Source: Octopus vulgaris (Eukaryota). Taken from it: 64,000 nucleotides of DNA. The translations under genes and the position numbers were made by a program. The stretch spans positions 89,218,001 to 89,282,000 of the forward strand of contig OX597816.1 in assembly GCA_951406725.2 (NCBI GenBank), read 5' to 3'. How positions within the stretch are numbered: the first letter of the stretch is position 1; every line of letters begins with the position of its first letter. The notes beneath the pieces were generated by a model, which searched no databases, was not told the DNA's origin, and was given only the letters and a program-made list of their open reading frames with translations. Shown piece after piece: positions 12,216 to 25,316 of the stretch.

Positions 12216-13906
12216 GAAACCACTTGTGTTGAAGGCGAATCGCCTAGCTAGTCGACGACTATGCTCATGGCTTGTAAAATTATGAGCTCGTATGTCCAGA
12301 AATTACATACCTGAGAGAAAACTTACATATGAAGTGACTCTAAGGTGTTTTAACATCGGCGACATGGGCGTCATATACTCCGCTACGCCTTTGCAACCAC
12401 AAGTAAATACACATTAGTATATGCATTTAATAATATTTATTACGCTACAGTTGCTGTTACTTCATATGTCAATACATGTGTATATATCTATAATCTGCAG
12501 ACGGGCAATAAACACACACACACGAGTACCAAAGCACACGTGCAGCATATAACCTCAAATTATTTAGCAGCAGCAGTGTGAGCATCCTTTGTGGATTTCT
12601 GTAGCGCGCACAAAAAATAATATTTTTGTGCATTTTGCCTTCTGAAGTTTTTCCTTTTTTACTAAAATACCGGTTCAAAAATACATCAAGTTCGCTGTCT
12701 GCTTCTCTTCCAACTTCCCACAGTCAGTTAGAAACAACTCTCCCAAACACGTTTTTTCGATGCTTTCTTTCTCTTCACCATGACCACAATCCTATTTTCG
12801 AAACCCCGATTCTTTTCCATTAAATCTACGTATTTAATACATTTAAAAATCGCTCTCTACGTATTATATCTGCGTACTTGGAAACAAGATACAATGCATT
12901 CCATTCCCACAAAATGCGACTGCACACGCTCTACCGACTATCGACCTACTTTCCTCATTGCCAGTATCCGAATTCTTATGGAAAGTACTGAAGCGAATGA
13001 CACTCTTCATTATTTTTTTGTATCTATTCCTACTCACTTACTATCATTACATCTTCCTTGAAACCATATGCACCGGAGACTTGTTCTCCTGTCATCCACC
13101 TGCGGTTTCTCGCTTTTGATAACTTAGACAATTTTGACATCAACAACTCTTCGGTGGTATCTGACATGAAAACGTTTCAACTATGCTAGCTTCAAACTAA
13201 CTCTCTGAACAGATACTTTGAGAATGTAACAAATTATTTTCATTCTATTACACAAAACCACAAAAACTACACATACCAAATATATTGCTTTGTATCACAA
13301 TGTCTGCATGTAAACAACATATACGTAAAACATCAACTGCTGCCACTGCAAAATTTCCCAATATCTAATGTTCTTACATGCTAACCTCACATCTAAATTG
13401 CAGCTGTATCAATTCTAGCAGGAAATAAAAATTGTAAACAACATATAAATACTAATATAAACACTTAATGACATTATTATGTCTATTGAACATAAAAATA
13501 TTTTTAAAAAACTATAGACTCTTTAAAACTTAAAAAATAAAGCATAACTTGATATTATACATCGAAAAGAATGGAAGTAATCGTAAATCAGATTTTTTTT
13601 TCATTTACTTTGGTTGTGGGTATTTTTATCCAACATTTTCCGATAAAATATATAAAATGACTGCTTTCAAGTTTGAAATTATTGATTTTTTAATATAAAA
13701 ATGTTATCAGGGATGTCTATGGAGGTGGATACTTAACATTTCCTGTAAGAACGCTCTATAATGTGGTTTGAAGTCTGAACGTGGTATTAAAAGGTAATTT
13801 GAACTGAACATGAACTTTAATTACTATCACGATATATATGTATACGCACACACTAACACACACACACAAACACACACACTGATATATATATATAGATATG
13901 TATGAA

Positions 13907-14132
13907 GGCGGCGAGCTGGCAGAAACGTTAGCACGCCGGGCGAAATGCGTTGCCGTATTTCGTCTGCCGTTACGTTCCGAGTTCAAATTTCGCCGAGGTC
14001 GACTTTGCCTTTCATCCTTCCGGGGTCGATAAATTAAGTACCAGTTACGCACTGGAGTCGATGTAATCGACTTAATCCGTGTGTCTGTCCTTGTTTGTCT
14101 CCGCTGTGTTTAGCCCCTTGTGGGTAGTAAAG

Positions 14133-14135
<3 letters not shown>
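13907..14135 (+). mobile_element. tRNA-derived SINE, family A (Meta-domain-like core)
   Basis: A-box-like GGCGGCGAGCTGGCAGAAACGTTAG, B-box GAGTTCAAATT and core GCCTTTCATCCTTCCGGGGTCGATAAATTAAGTACCAG. It ends in (AT)n. Confidence 0.9.
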
Positions 14136-14186
<51 letters not shown>

Positions 14187-14253
14187 CTCCTATTTTTTGA
14201 ATGCTGGACTACTGGGATATTAAAATTAATATTAATTTATCTCCTCAATTTTA

Positions 14254-14299
<46 letters not shown>

Positions 14300-14834
14300 C
14301 TAAGGTCAAGTTGGGTTTGAAGTTGTGGTATTTATATGATTTATATATATGTCATCGAGCAGTATATTATTGGCGTATTATTGGTCAGAATATTGATACG
14401 CTGACTATGCTATTTGATATTATTAACGACTGATAGACGTTTTCAAGCTGGAAGTATATAAAAAAACCTAGGTGGCTCTGTGTTGTGAAAAAGTGTACAA
14501 TTTTCCGGGAGGAGAAGAGGAGTTATTTCCTATAAATGTATTATTATTTCCGTAAAACGAAGCTAAGAACCTATACTTCCATTTAGATATATCCAGATCT
14601 TGCAAGCAATTTCCAGTTGACTTTTGAAGGCATTGTTCCTATTTTAATCCTTATATATAGCTGGCTAGCGCCGTAACATTGCGCCTTTCTTGATTCTGAA
14701 AGAAGGTTTGTGATTATTGAGACTGACTCTAAAAGAATGTGTTCCCATACTCAAAAAGCGAAATATTTAGATACTGCGCTTATGGGGGAAAATTCGTCTT
14801 GGTAATGTGGTCATCTCACTTATGAAGTGGGGTA

Positions 14835-14877
<43 letters not shown>

Positions 14878-16413
14878 CAACTAAAACTCTAAAACTGTTC
14901 ACCCACGGATAACATGACTCCACGGGAAGTAACTCTTCTCTAATCCCCACTAAGTGCTATATTTTTTCGATAGGTTTCGTTCCGCTTCTTTTTGCCTTCA
15001 CTAACACACCGAGTCTGAAAATTACTTCCACCATAAAAATTTATGCTTTTCTGGAAAGTATGATGGTAGTCGAACCAAGAAAGAAAGGTTATATATATAA
15101 AACAAAAGCATTCTAATTTTTGATCGATGTCCAACTCTTGTAATTAACTGCAAAAGTTGTATTATGGGGCCCAAATTAACATAACACGAAAATATTCTTT
15201 TGGTCCATATAATACATTGACATAAATTTAGTAAACGCTTGTATATTTTTCGATTAATTAAAACTGTCCTCAATATATATGGAGCTTTGTTCTTTTAATG
15301 TTATTTGGTTTTTGAAAACTGACTGTACATCTTTATTTCATTGTGTAAATCGCTGAAGTTGGAAGAATTTTCTTTCACTATGCACTTGACTATGTTATGA
15401 TCAAATGTTCAATACAATAAAACATTCGGCAATTTCTCAGGATTTTTACCGCTAGATGCTGATGATCACTGTAGCATTTACTTATGAGTGAGTGAACCAG
15501 CAGACTTCAGCTAAGTTAAATATATTTGTATTGGATGAATACCGTGGCCGTTAGAACATGTGATCCTCCAAATCCCTTATTTTCATTACACTACACTTGA
15601 TTTTTGCCCTAAATTTGAGTGGACGGTAACGTGATTTGTGTTGTAATGCATTTGCCAATCATTTAAAACCTTGTTGCGATTTCCGTTTACCGGATATTAT
15701 CTCAGTCACCCCGATTATTAGTATGTTCAATATGTGCAATTATCTACTTAATCATTGAGTCATAAACAAAAAATGATGGGAACACCAACCTATTGGTGCA
15801 TATTCTATTGTGAATATTGAATATGTTGCTTAATAGTACAAGTGCCAGAGCAAGCATTAAAATTTACGAGCTTTTCCTTAACGTAGAATATTCAATCCAA
15901 GCTTGTTGATGCCAATAGTAATCGACCCTACTGCTACATCCAAGGCTAGATTGCAAAATATAGTTGTGTTAATACGTCTCTGTTTAAACACTCGTGTTAC
16001 ACTTGATGTAAGAATTTCTAACACCCACCTGATACTTCTCATCCACTTATAAAAGACAGTTATCTTATGGGCCTCTGCAGAGAAAATTAAGAAGGAAAAA
16101 TTTCAAGTCAAAATGTCTGTTACTTAATCGATGGTGTTTAAAGTTATAATCTTTAGTAACTTAAGCGCAGAGAATTTCTCTGAGTCAGCTAGTTTTGGGG
16201 CCGAATAATTTGGAAATTTAAGCAATGTTTTACGAACGGTGAATCTGGAAGGAAATAAACCTATAAAAAGTAGCATGTAAGTATTGGTTTAAAAAATATT
16301 TGAATAAAGAAAGGCTGCCTGTGGGACGACGGCGGCGTAGGTCTACAAAATGTATTTCATATTTATATACAGTATATTATAATGACTTACACGTGTTCTC
16401 GCTGCAGCGACTG

Positions 16414-16790
16414 CTCACAGTTGCAAATGCAATCTCGCAATATATTGTCGGTGCTGCTTCATCAGTGTCCGTCCATTTGGTAAACCTTAAACTGAGCTGA
16501 CTGAAGTAAATTTTATTAGTTAGTGTTATATGAGAGGAGGGGAGTGTTGCTATTTATGAGTATGTGCTGCTGACCTCAACTTCACCCTCAGTCGCTGTAC
16601 GAAGTTAGGACATGGTCTAAAATAGGTCAAAGTCGAGATTATTGTTTTTGTAAGGCTCTTTGTTCGTTTTAATGGTTGTGCGTGCCATGTTTTTGATTTT
16701 GAGTGTAGTGCTTGTATTGAAGGGTTCATGCTTGTTTATATTCAACTTGTGATTGGGCTCCTCATGGTTTGTATTATATATTGAATATGG
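16414..16790 (-). mobile_element. Possible 3' remnant of a second Penelope-like element
   Basis: LNINKHEPFNT resembles the GIY-YIG C-terminal IxKxxPxLN motif. A CTGATGA-containing hammerhead-like relic lies downstream at 16414-16470. Confidence 0.35.
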
Positions 16791-16799
16791 TATATGTAT

Positions 16800-16838
<39 letters not shown>

Positions 16839-16849
16839 TGTGTGTGTGT

Positions 16850-18296
16850 GAATGAGAAAAAGAAGAAAATGGAGAAACTGACATATAGATATCAGTCTAT
16901 TCAAAGCTATTCAAAACTATGTAATATGAAATTCACATCCCTACAGCCGTTTCCATGTCCAATTAATTCAATTAGAGAAATTAAATTGAATTAAATTAAT
17001 ATCTTCATATCGAAACTGATTGATTGGTTATTTCATCAGGGGGAGAATTTCCAGAAAGAAGTTACATTCCAACGTGTTGGTCGATCCGTGACAGATTCAG
17101 ATGTGTGCGTTTTGGTAATTTATGTATTTAAAAAAACCCATTATGACTATATATATTCATATAAAGAAATATGTATGATATAGTTGTGCGCGTGCGTTTG
17201 TAATACATAATAGTAGGTATTGGTTGTGGTTTTGCAATTAGGGTGAACTAGGTGTTAATAAGAGAAAGTGCAGGAAGGAGCAGTAACATTCACCATGTAG
17301 CATGTTTGTTAAAATATGGAAGCCAAAGAAAAATATGGCGTATCAAAAACTGCTAATTAACTATCATATAGGATTTTATTTATTTTTATTTATGCGCCCT
17401 TTTCAAGCCTAGCCAGGATCATGGGCCCGGTTTCCCAGTTTCTGTGACGTTACTCACGAAACAGGAAGAGAGAGTGAGAAAAAGTTAAGGCGAAAGAGTA
17501 CAACAGGGGTCGCCACCACCCCCTGCCGGAGCCACGTGGAGCTTTAGGTGTTTTCGCTCAATAAACACACACAACGCCTGGTCTGGGAATCGGAACTGCG
17601 ATCCTCCGACCGCGAATCCGCTGCCCTAACAACTGGGCCTCCACTATTATAGTATTGCGTCATCTATATTTGTGCGCAATAGTTATGGTCAATATAACTA
17701 CGTAAACAATGGAAAACTTAAACGTTACGAAATACAATTGATAAAAAAGTTTTATATAAAAACTAAATTTACTAAAGCTACAACTACTATAAAATCAATA
17801 TGTTTTACCTCTAACTTAGTTTAATAAATTACATTCTGAAATATCAAATACATATTCATGAGAAACGTTATTAATTGAATTTATAGCAAATCACAATGAT
17901 ACAGTACGTGTGTTGAAAACTTAATGTACATATTTACTATTTAATTAATATTTTTATATCGATATTATATCTACTAAGCATTCTTTAATGCTTATATTTA
18001 CAGATGCTAGTGTAATAATAACACGTGAAGTATCAACAGTTTCAAATTACAAGTAGTTTTAACATATGATTAATTATTTATAATACTAATATATCCGATG
18101 GTAGTTTTTTAAACACCCAACCAGTTTCAATATGAAAATTTTAAATTAATTTCATTTTAATTTAATTTCTCTAATTGAATTAGTTGAATATGGAAACGGT
18201 TGTAGAGATAAGAATCTCATATCATATAGTTTTGAATATCTTTAAATAAACTGATGTCCATATGTCAATTTCTCCATTTTCTTCTTTTTTCACTCA
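16850..18296. mobile_element. Long inverted-repeat (about 175-bp arms) foldback or non-autonomous DNA element
   Basis: 16850-17023 is the reverse complement of 18118-18296, for example AAAAAGAAGAAAATGGAGAAA, TATTCAAAACTAT and TAATTCAATTAGAGAAATTAAATT. Confidence 0.75.
17374..17644 (-). mobile_element. tRNA-derived SINE, family B (tail 1)
   Basis: The reverse complement matches 29860-30173, with an internal deletion. Confidence 0.9.
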
Positions 18297-18481
18297 TAAA
18301 TATTTCAAATACCAATATACATCAATTCAAAACTAACGTATCTAGTATTTCACTAAACACTGTTATAGACCGGAGAACAAGGATGCAAACATACCTTAAA
18401 GGATTATATGTCATTGGCATGTTTATATATATAAACATGTCCTTGGCATATATAGATATATATATATATATATATATATAT

Positions 18482-18598
18482 TGACCTACTCGCTTAGCTA
18501 GCGGGGTGGCGTCACTTCAAGGCTAAAACAATGCAAAGTGCATTGTGACCAGCGATGTGTAGCAACATCTGATAGCTTGGTCGGTTACAGTGATCACA

Positions 18599-18603
<5 letters not shown>
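18482..18603 (+). mobile_element. Isolated SINE family B tail-2 module followed by (TA)n
   Basis: Matches the reverse complement of 53515-53637 (GCGGGGTGGCGTCA, CATTGTGACCAGCGATGTGTA, GTGATCAC). Confidence 0.8.
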
Positions 18604-18662
<59 letters not shown>

Positions 18663-18789
18663 CATACATACATACATACATACGTACACACGCACACATA
18701 AACTCTGGAAGGTCTTACGTTATGGTTGCGTGTACGTATCAAATGATTTCAAAATATCACTATCTGGTTTGACTCCATTATTACCATAT

Positions 18790-18820
<31 letters not shown>

Positions 18821-18867
18821 AGTTATGGAGACGTAAGCGAACCAATGTTACAATAAATAAATGTCTA

Positions 18868-19020
18868 ACAACTGGTGTTCGTTTATTTACGAGCTCATAA
18901 CTTAGCGGTTCCACAAAAACCGATACAATAATGATCAGGCTGTCTTGTGTAGATTTGTTCAAGTATACCCTTCAATGCGGTACTCTGGTATGACTGCAGT
19001 CCAATGCCTGAAGCAAGTAT
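18868..19020 (+). mobile_element. SINE family C, decayed 3' fragment
   Basis: TAACTTAGCGGTT...ACCGATA...GCAGTCCAATG. Confidence 0.65.
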
Positions 19021-19619
19021 AAATGATATGTTCATCAGTTTAAATTCTCAGTTTGAATTCTAAATATTGATCGACATAATATATTTCTAAATAATCTTAC
19101 CTTGTTACTTATCATTAAACTTAGATTTTAGTAATCTACAACTGCTTTATTCAAAGCAATGCACCTCATTCCTTACTGCTGAATAACAAATAACTCATGG
19201 ATATTGAATCATCTGTTACTTCAAATGATTAACTAATCAGATTTCCTTCCAACATACAGAAAAAATTAATTACAGTTACTGCATATTTACGAAGATACTT
19301 CAATATAAAAATAAATCAATTGAAAAGATAAGGGCATAAGCAAAAAAAAAAAAATTCGCGACGGGTCTGCATTTAAAAAGAAACATGAAAACCGAAGACA
19401 ATTTCAGGAACAAGGATAGTAATTTTAAGGGGAATAGTTAGTCGATTTTATAAACCCTAGCACGTGAATGATAATTTCTTTTATCGCCTTTGGAGCGATG
19501 AAGTAGTCACCGCCGTGATTCGAATTCAGAAAACAAAGAGTTAGAAGATTTAGCGTAAGAAATTTTTGCAAACGCTTTCTTTTGATAACTAGCCGCCTCG
19601 AATTCCGAGCTAATTTAAT

Positions 19620-19842
19620 AATGGATTCAAATTTTGGCACAGGGGCAGCAATTTTTGATGGGAGGAGTAAGTTGATTACATCGACCCTAGTATATGAGAG
19701 GGATCTAATTTTATCGATGCCGAAAGGCTGAAAAGCAAAGCTGACTTTGTCCGAACGAGATTTTAGCTCGGAACGAAAAGACGGACGAAATGCCGTTATG
19801 CATTCTGTTCGTGCAAATGATTCGGCTGGCTTGCCACGTTGA
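19620..19842 (-). mobile_element. SINE family A, decayed; lies in a block duplicated at about 33.4 kb
   Basis: TTTTATCGATGCCGAAAGGCTGAAAAGCAAAG and AAAGACGGACGAAATGCCG match the family A reverse complement. Confidence 0.8.
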
Positions 19843-19899
19843 ACTAAATTAAATTATTAATGACAAGAAATATGCTAAATGATAACCTTGATGACAGCA

Positions 19900-19931
<32 letters not shown>

Positions 19932-20567
19932 GATGATGATGATTACGATGACGATGACAACGGCGATGGCAGTGACGTAAAAAAGTGGAAGAAGCGGAAG
20001 AGTAGAGAGGAGGAAGAGAGAAGGGAAGGTGAGGTGAAAGAAGTAATAAGAGACGACAGTAACCAAGCCAAGCAAGGAGAGAGGTGGGAGGAAGAGAAAA
20101 AGGTAAAGGAATGAGAGAATGGGAGGAAAGGAGGAGGTAGGACAAGAAGAACAAGTGAATATAAGGAGGCGTTCTTTATTTACCCAAATGCAATAGCTAA
20201 GTACTTGGCACATTTGTTATCAGAATTATCCAACAACATGTGGTCGACTGCTTTGATTAGATTCTTTCATACGCAATAATGCGGTCGCGAGTTTAAACAC
20301 GCGTTTCAAAATTGGACTGAATAATTTCATGTTCGTAGATTTGAATATTGCCGTTATACTGTCAAGATTGTAAATCTAGTTTCAGGAAGTTTTATGAATA
20401 AATTCTATTGAGGTATACTAGAAAGAACAGCGCCAAGATAAACATATCTAAATTGCATCTTATATTTGAGACCTAAAAACTACAAAAATAGCGAGTGTTA
20501 TTTTAAATAATCAAAATTAATCAAAGTATTTTAATTAATCAAAATTAATCAAAATTATGAGCATATA

Positions 20568-20960
20568 GGCATAGGTGTGGCTGTGTGGTAAGTAGCTTGC
20601 TTACCACTGCGTGACACCTTGGGCAGGTGTCTTCAACTATAGTCTCTGGCCAACCAAAGCCTTGTGAGTGGATTTGGTAGACGGAAACTGAAAGAAGCTC
20701 GCCATATATATGTATATATATATATGTATGTGTGTGTGTATATGTTTGCGTGTCTGTGTTTGTCCCCCCCCCCCAACATCACTTGACAACCGATGCTGGT
20801 GTGTTTACGGCCGGTAACTTAACGGTTCGGCAAAACAGACCGATAGAATAAGTACTAGGCTTACAAAGAATAAGTCCTGGGGTCGATTTGCTCGACTAAA
20901 AGCGGTGCTCCAACATGGTCACAGTCAAATGACTGAAACAAGTAAAAGAGTAAAAGAGTA
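20568..20960 (+). mobile_element. SINE family C, near full length
   Basis: GTGGCTGTGTGGTAAGTAGCTTGC, CCTTGGGCAGGTGTC, internal (TA)(TG) tract and a (GTAAAAGA)n tail. Confidence 0.9.
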
Positions 20961-21327
20961 ATACTGTGAAAATAAATCGAAAAAATTTCGTGTTTGCGAA
21001 AAAAGCGCTTTATTACCGCACTTTACATTTAACAATGGGTTAAAATTTAATGGTGACCGGAGTGGGTGAGTATTTCAGTAACAATTTACAATATGAAATT
21101 CCTAATCGTCATGCAATATCATATGGTGTTAAAAATGATCCTCCGTGGGCTAGTTATAGATTATTTCTATCAATTCTTTAGACATTGTACGAAATACAAG
21201 TCGTGCTATTGTAATTTCTAGCTTCGATTAAATTACGTATATGTGTATCTGTGTGTGTGAGTGCACGTTTGTGTATGTTTGTGTGTGCGCGTGTGTATGT
21301 GTGTGCGTAATATATAGATATATGTTT

Positions 21328-21375
21328 AGATAGACAGACAGACAGACAGATAGACAGACTGACAGACAGACAGAC

Positions 21376-21444
<69 letters not shown>
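21328..21444. repeat. (GACA)n(GATA)n compound microsatellite
   Basis: Direct reading. Confidence 0.95.
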
Positions 21445-21445
<1 letters not shown>

Positions 21446-21797
21446 GGTATGTAACCGTATTTTTCGATAAATGTGCGTGTTGAGAACATAAAGCGTACTT
21501 TTAATATTTTTTCATGCAAATTTTAATCTGTTTCCTTTTCTATTCTTCTTTTTCAGGTCCCCTGCCTATAATTCTACACTTTTTAACTCTCTCCTTTCTA
21601 ACTCTCTCCTTTCTAACTCTCCCCCCCCCCTCTCTCTCTTAATGCTTGCATTTCTTTGTTTTGAATGTGGTATAAATTATTTCTTTTCCAATTCTGTACA
21701 TTCTCTTTGGAAATTTCACATTAACTGATCTAATATTTACTTATGCATAATGTCTGAAGACACATTTCTGTATATACGTTTGCATGTGTGTGTGTGT

Positions 21798-21834
<37 letters not shown>

Positions 21835-22292
21835 CGTGCGTGTCTGTGTGTGTGTGTGCATGTGTTTATCTGTGGATATATTACTGTTCTTATGTATGAA
21901 CACACAACGATATGATTGTACTTATATAACGGAGTATTTACGAATTAATTTCTCTATACATCTTTTATGTTTTTGCTCAACAACAAACGGGCGTTTGTTC
22001 GTCTCTCGAGGTTCTGATTCGAATTAAAAAATAATTTACACCTACTGTCAAACATTTAGATATATATGTCGTGATCTAATTTTTATTGAAATTCCATCAC
22101 TTTCGAATTTTTTGATTATTTCAATTTCTCTTGAGTCTTCATACATTTTTATTACTTTGCCATATTTTGTCTTTTATTTGAGTTTTAATAATAGCATTGT
22201 TTTTGTTGGTGGGAGCCTTGTAATGGTTCCGCATACAAATATCAATTTTCAGTTACAAATTACTAGTTCTATTATGTATGTCAGTATTTGAC

Positions 22293-22518
22293 TGAAATTA
22301 ACGGCTTATGTAAAATGATGCTTCTTTGGAGCATCATAACTGGGTTACAGAATCGGAGTTTTTAAATAATATTTATGGGAATCGTAGTTCTTGAATAATA
22401 TTTATTTTCACTGGTTACGGTGTTTGGCTGAAAATAACGGCTTATGTGAAACAAGACGGTTCCTTTGGAGCATCATAACTGGGTTACAGAATCGTAGCTT
22501 TTAAATAATATTTATAGA
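22293..22518. repeat. Two-copy direct duplication (about 88-bp unit, about 136-bp period)
   Basis: TAACGGCTTATGT...CTTTGGAGCATCATAACTGGGTTACAGAATCG...TTTTAAATAATATTTAT starts at 22293 and again at 22429. Confidence 0.9.
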
Positions 22519-22677
22519 ATTTGCAGTCATCCAATGTATTAGGAGTATCAATGTTAGTGCTATAGTGTTGTTTATTTGAGAATCTGAGATTCGATAGTGG
22601 CAAAAGTACATCCTGGTTGACGAGAGAGTTCTAGAGGTTTACAATATTACAAAGAAGGGATTTTGTGTAGTGTTATA

Positions 22678-22835
22678 GTTGTTGTTGTTCAGCAACATAT
22701 AACCAATAGACTTTATATTCATGACCACCTCATCTATTTTCAGGCAGTGCATCGATGAGCACATCCAGTGTTTTATTCTACTTTTATGAGGTAGAGCTTG
22801 CCCTTTGAATGAGGTTTCGCTGCTATTTTTGTAGG
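22678..22835 (-). mobile_element. Decayed SINE-like repeat with a (CAA)n tail (family D)
   Basis: AAATAGCAGCGAAA...CTGAACAACAACAAC. Similar relics lie at about 24850-25080, 26290-26452 and 63535-63630 on the plus strand. Confidence 0.4.
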
Positions 22836-23286
22836 ACCTCTTTTACAGAAAAGCTTAGGAAAAAAATAAGATACAAATAAGGTTTCGTAGAAATGGTGTG
22901 CAACTAGTTATTCAGAGGTAGAAGTAATAGGAAAGATGCAGAAGACATAGATTATTCACTGCAAGTGCTACATGAGCATCGATATTTGGTCTTCAGATTT
23001 ATACGACAGATACAATGTGATTTTGTAATAACCATTCTTTTGTGAAAGATACAATAAAACTGCAACCAATCCTGCTAGAATATATTAAAATCTAGTGGCG
23101 AACCTGCATCGTCAGGTGTCTAACTTAACTTGAAAGTTGATTCGCTGATACTTGTATCAGGGAGCCTGAAATGTTTCAGTGATTGATAGAATCAAGGTTT
23201 TAGAATCAAGAGAAGAGAGATGCGTCAAAAGTCAATAGAGTATATAATTAATCGAACAATTTGAAAGCAGAGTTAATGGAACACAC

Positions 23287-23287
<1 letters not shown>

Positions 23288-23317
<30 letters not shown>

Positions 23318-23352
23318 TGTATGTATGTATGTATGTATGTATGTATGTATGT
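23288..23352. repeat. (TATG)n microsatellite
   Basis: Direct reading. Confidence 0.95.
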
Positions 23353-24106
23353 ATAAAAAGTGACAGAAACCTTGGGGGAGTAAAAGAAAGATGAGTAAAT
23401 GGGTGTGTATGTATACATATACACGTATGTATATACTACATATGTATATATGAGTGTGTGTGTGTGTATGTGTGTGTGTGTATGTATGCATACGTATACA
23501 AAATGGGTTTGGAAACTGACAGAATGATTATAGTATTGAAGCTACTATTCCTTTACTTCCGGTTAGAAATCACGCTAAAAAGATTTTATGTCGATGAATT
23601 GTTTGCCTTTGAGGTTCAAGAGGGAGAAAGAAAGAGAAAGAGGGAGAGATCGATATTGACGCAGCGGGGACAAAGTACAAAAGGATCGATCGATTAATCA
23701 GATCTAGGTAATGATTAGTAAATCTGCCAAGCAGAAAACAGTGATCATTTGATTAAAAGAATCTAAGTAAGAGAAATGCAACCGACTTACTCCAAGCTGC
23801 ATCAAGAGCTTCAGGTTACACTGAAGGAGCATATTTTACTAAATGTATTTGTGTGATCGACATTTGCAGTACATAGAAGATATATGGAGATTTATTCCGA
23901 TATAAATCTCCATATCGGAGATTCCTCTCTACACAAGAGGGACACTTTCATATAATTAATAGCCGTAAACTAAACATTGTGGAAATCTAAGTATTCAAAT
24001 CCTAGAGACAGCTTAGTTTACTATTATATAGTATATATATATATATATATGCTAACGGACATAGATACTCATACATTCATACAAATAAAAACACGTATAT
24101 ATTCGC

Positions 24107-24146
<40 letters not shown>

Positions 24147-25261
24147 TACGTGTGTGTGTGAGTCTGTGTGTGTATGCGTGCGTGCAAGTATGTATGCATG
24201 TATGTATGTATGTATGTATGTATGTGGAAGTGAGTATATATGTGTATGTGCCGGCCTGTGAGTGTACCTGTTCGTGTATACGTTTGTCTTTTGAAAGTTT
24301 ATAAGTTGTTAGTAATCCACTTACCCTAGTTCTAAGTTTACTCACTTTTAAACACATCCAGTTATATATCCCCTACGCATTCACTGCTTATATTTCTGTC
24401 AAATCTACTGTTTCTTTATTTTCCAGGTTGTGCTAAGCATTCTGCGCTACCCCCCCCCTTTTCTCTTAAGCACCAGAAATATCGGAATTGTATCCTTAGC
24501 GGTATAGTCATGTGCTTTTTAATCTCCGAATACTAAAACAGAAAATTATTATAAACGCATTCTACAATTCTAAATTGATTTCCTTATTCCATTGTTTGGT
24601 AAAGGTATCCTCAGATTTCATTTATGTATCTGTGTTCTATTCGATTCCACACTGATTTTCTTCTACAACCATGAACGATTGACGAAATGAGATTGAATAA
24701 TATTCATACCTTTCTCAAGAACTTGTGCACTGCTTCCTTTTGAATAGTTTCCATGAGCATCAACGAGTAATGTGAAATATCGGTAGCGTTCTATAAGATA
24801 CGATATGGACTGAAATTCTTTAAAAATTCTTGAATATTTACCTAAAAAAGTCGGCAGATTTTTCCCAAGAAGGAGCGTCTACGTAGTCAATTTAACTCTT
24901 TGAAATATCAGCTAATTTTCTCTCATATCATATCTTGTCTTTTAAAACCTAGAAACAGTGGATAATGTAAATTTAGACCCCTAAATAAAGAGGGTTTAAT
25001 GGGGCAGCGGCTTGCTTGTTTAGCGTACAAATGACTCCTTCTACATCAAGATGTATGTAAGGGCTAAACGACAGCAACCTTAAAAGTTGATAGAAAAAAA
25101 TCCATTAATTTAGCGAATCACTCTTGAGCGTAGATATTAGACAAAGTAGACTCTTGCATAGTATTTCGATAAGACAGGGTATATGGTTTTAGGTATTCTA
25201 CCTTTTTTGATAATTTACTGGCCTCCTAGTGTTATGGATACAGACACATGCAAGTGCAGAA

Positions 25262-25316
<55 letters not shown>

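Noticed and set aside
15890-16010. GPCR-like peptide VFKQRRINTTIFCNLALDVAVG
   Set aside because: There is no hydrophobic TM1 with GN upstream and a stop follows soon after. The resemblance is too short to call.
19860-20114. Acidic/basic 84-aa ORF
   Set aside because: It derives from (GAT)n and a purine tract, and the paralogous block at 33.6 kb has no equivalent plus-strand ORF in the track.
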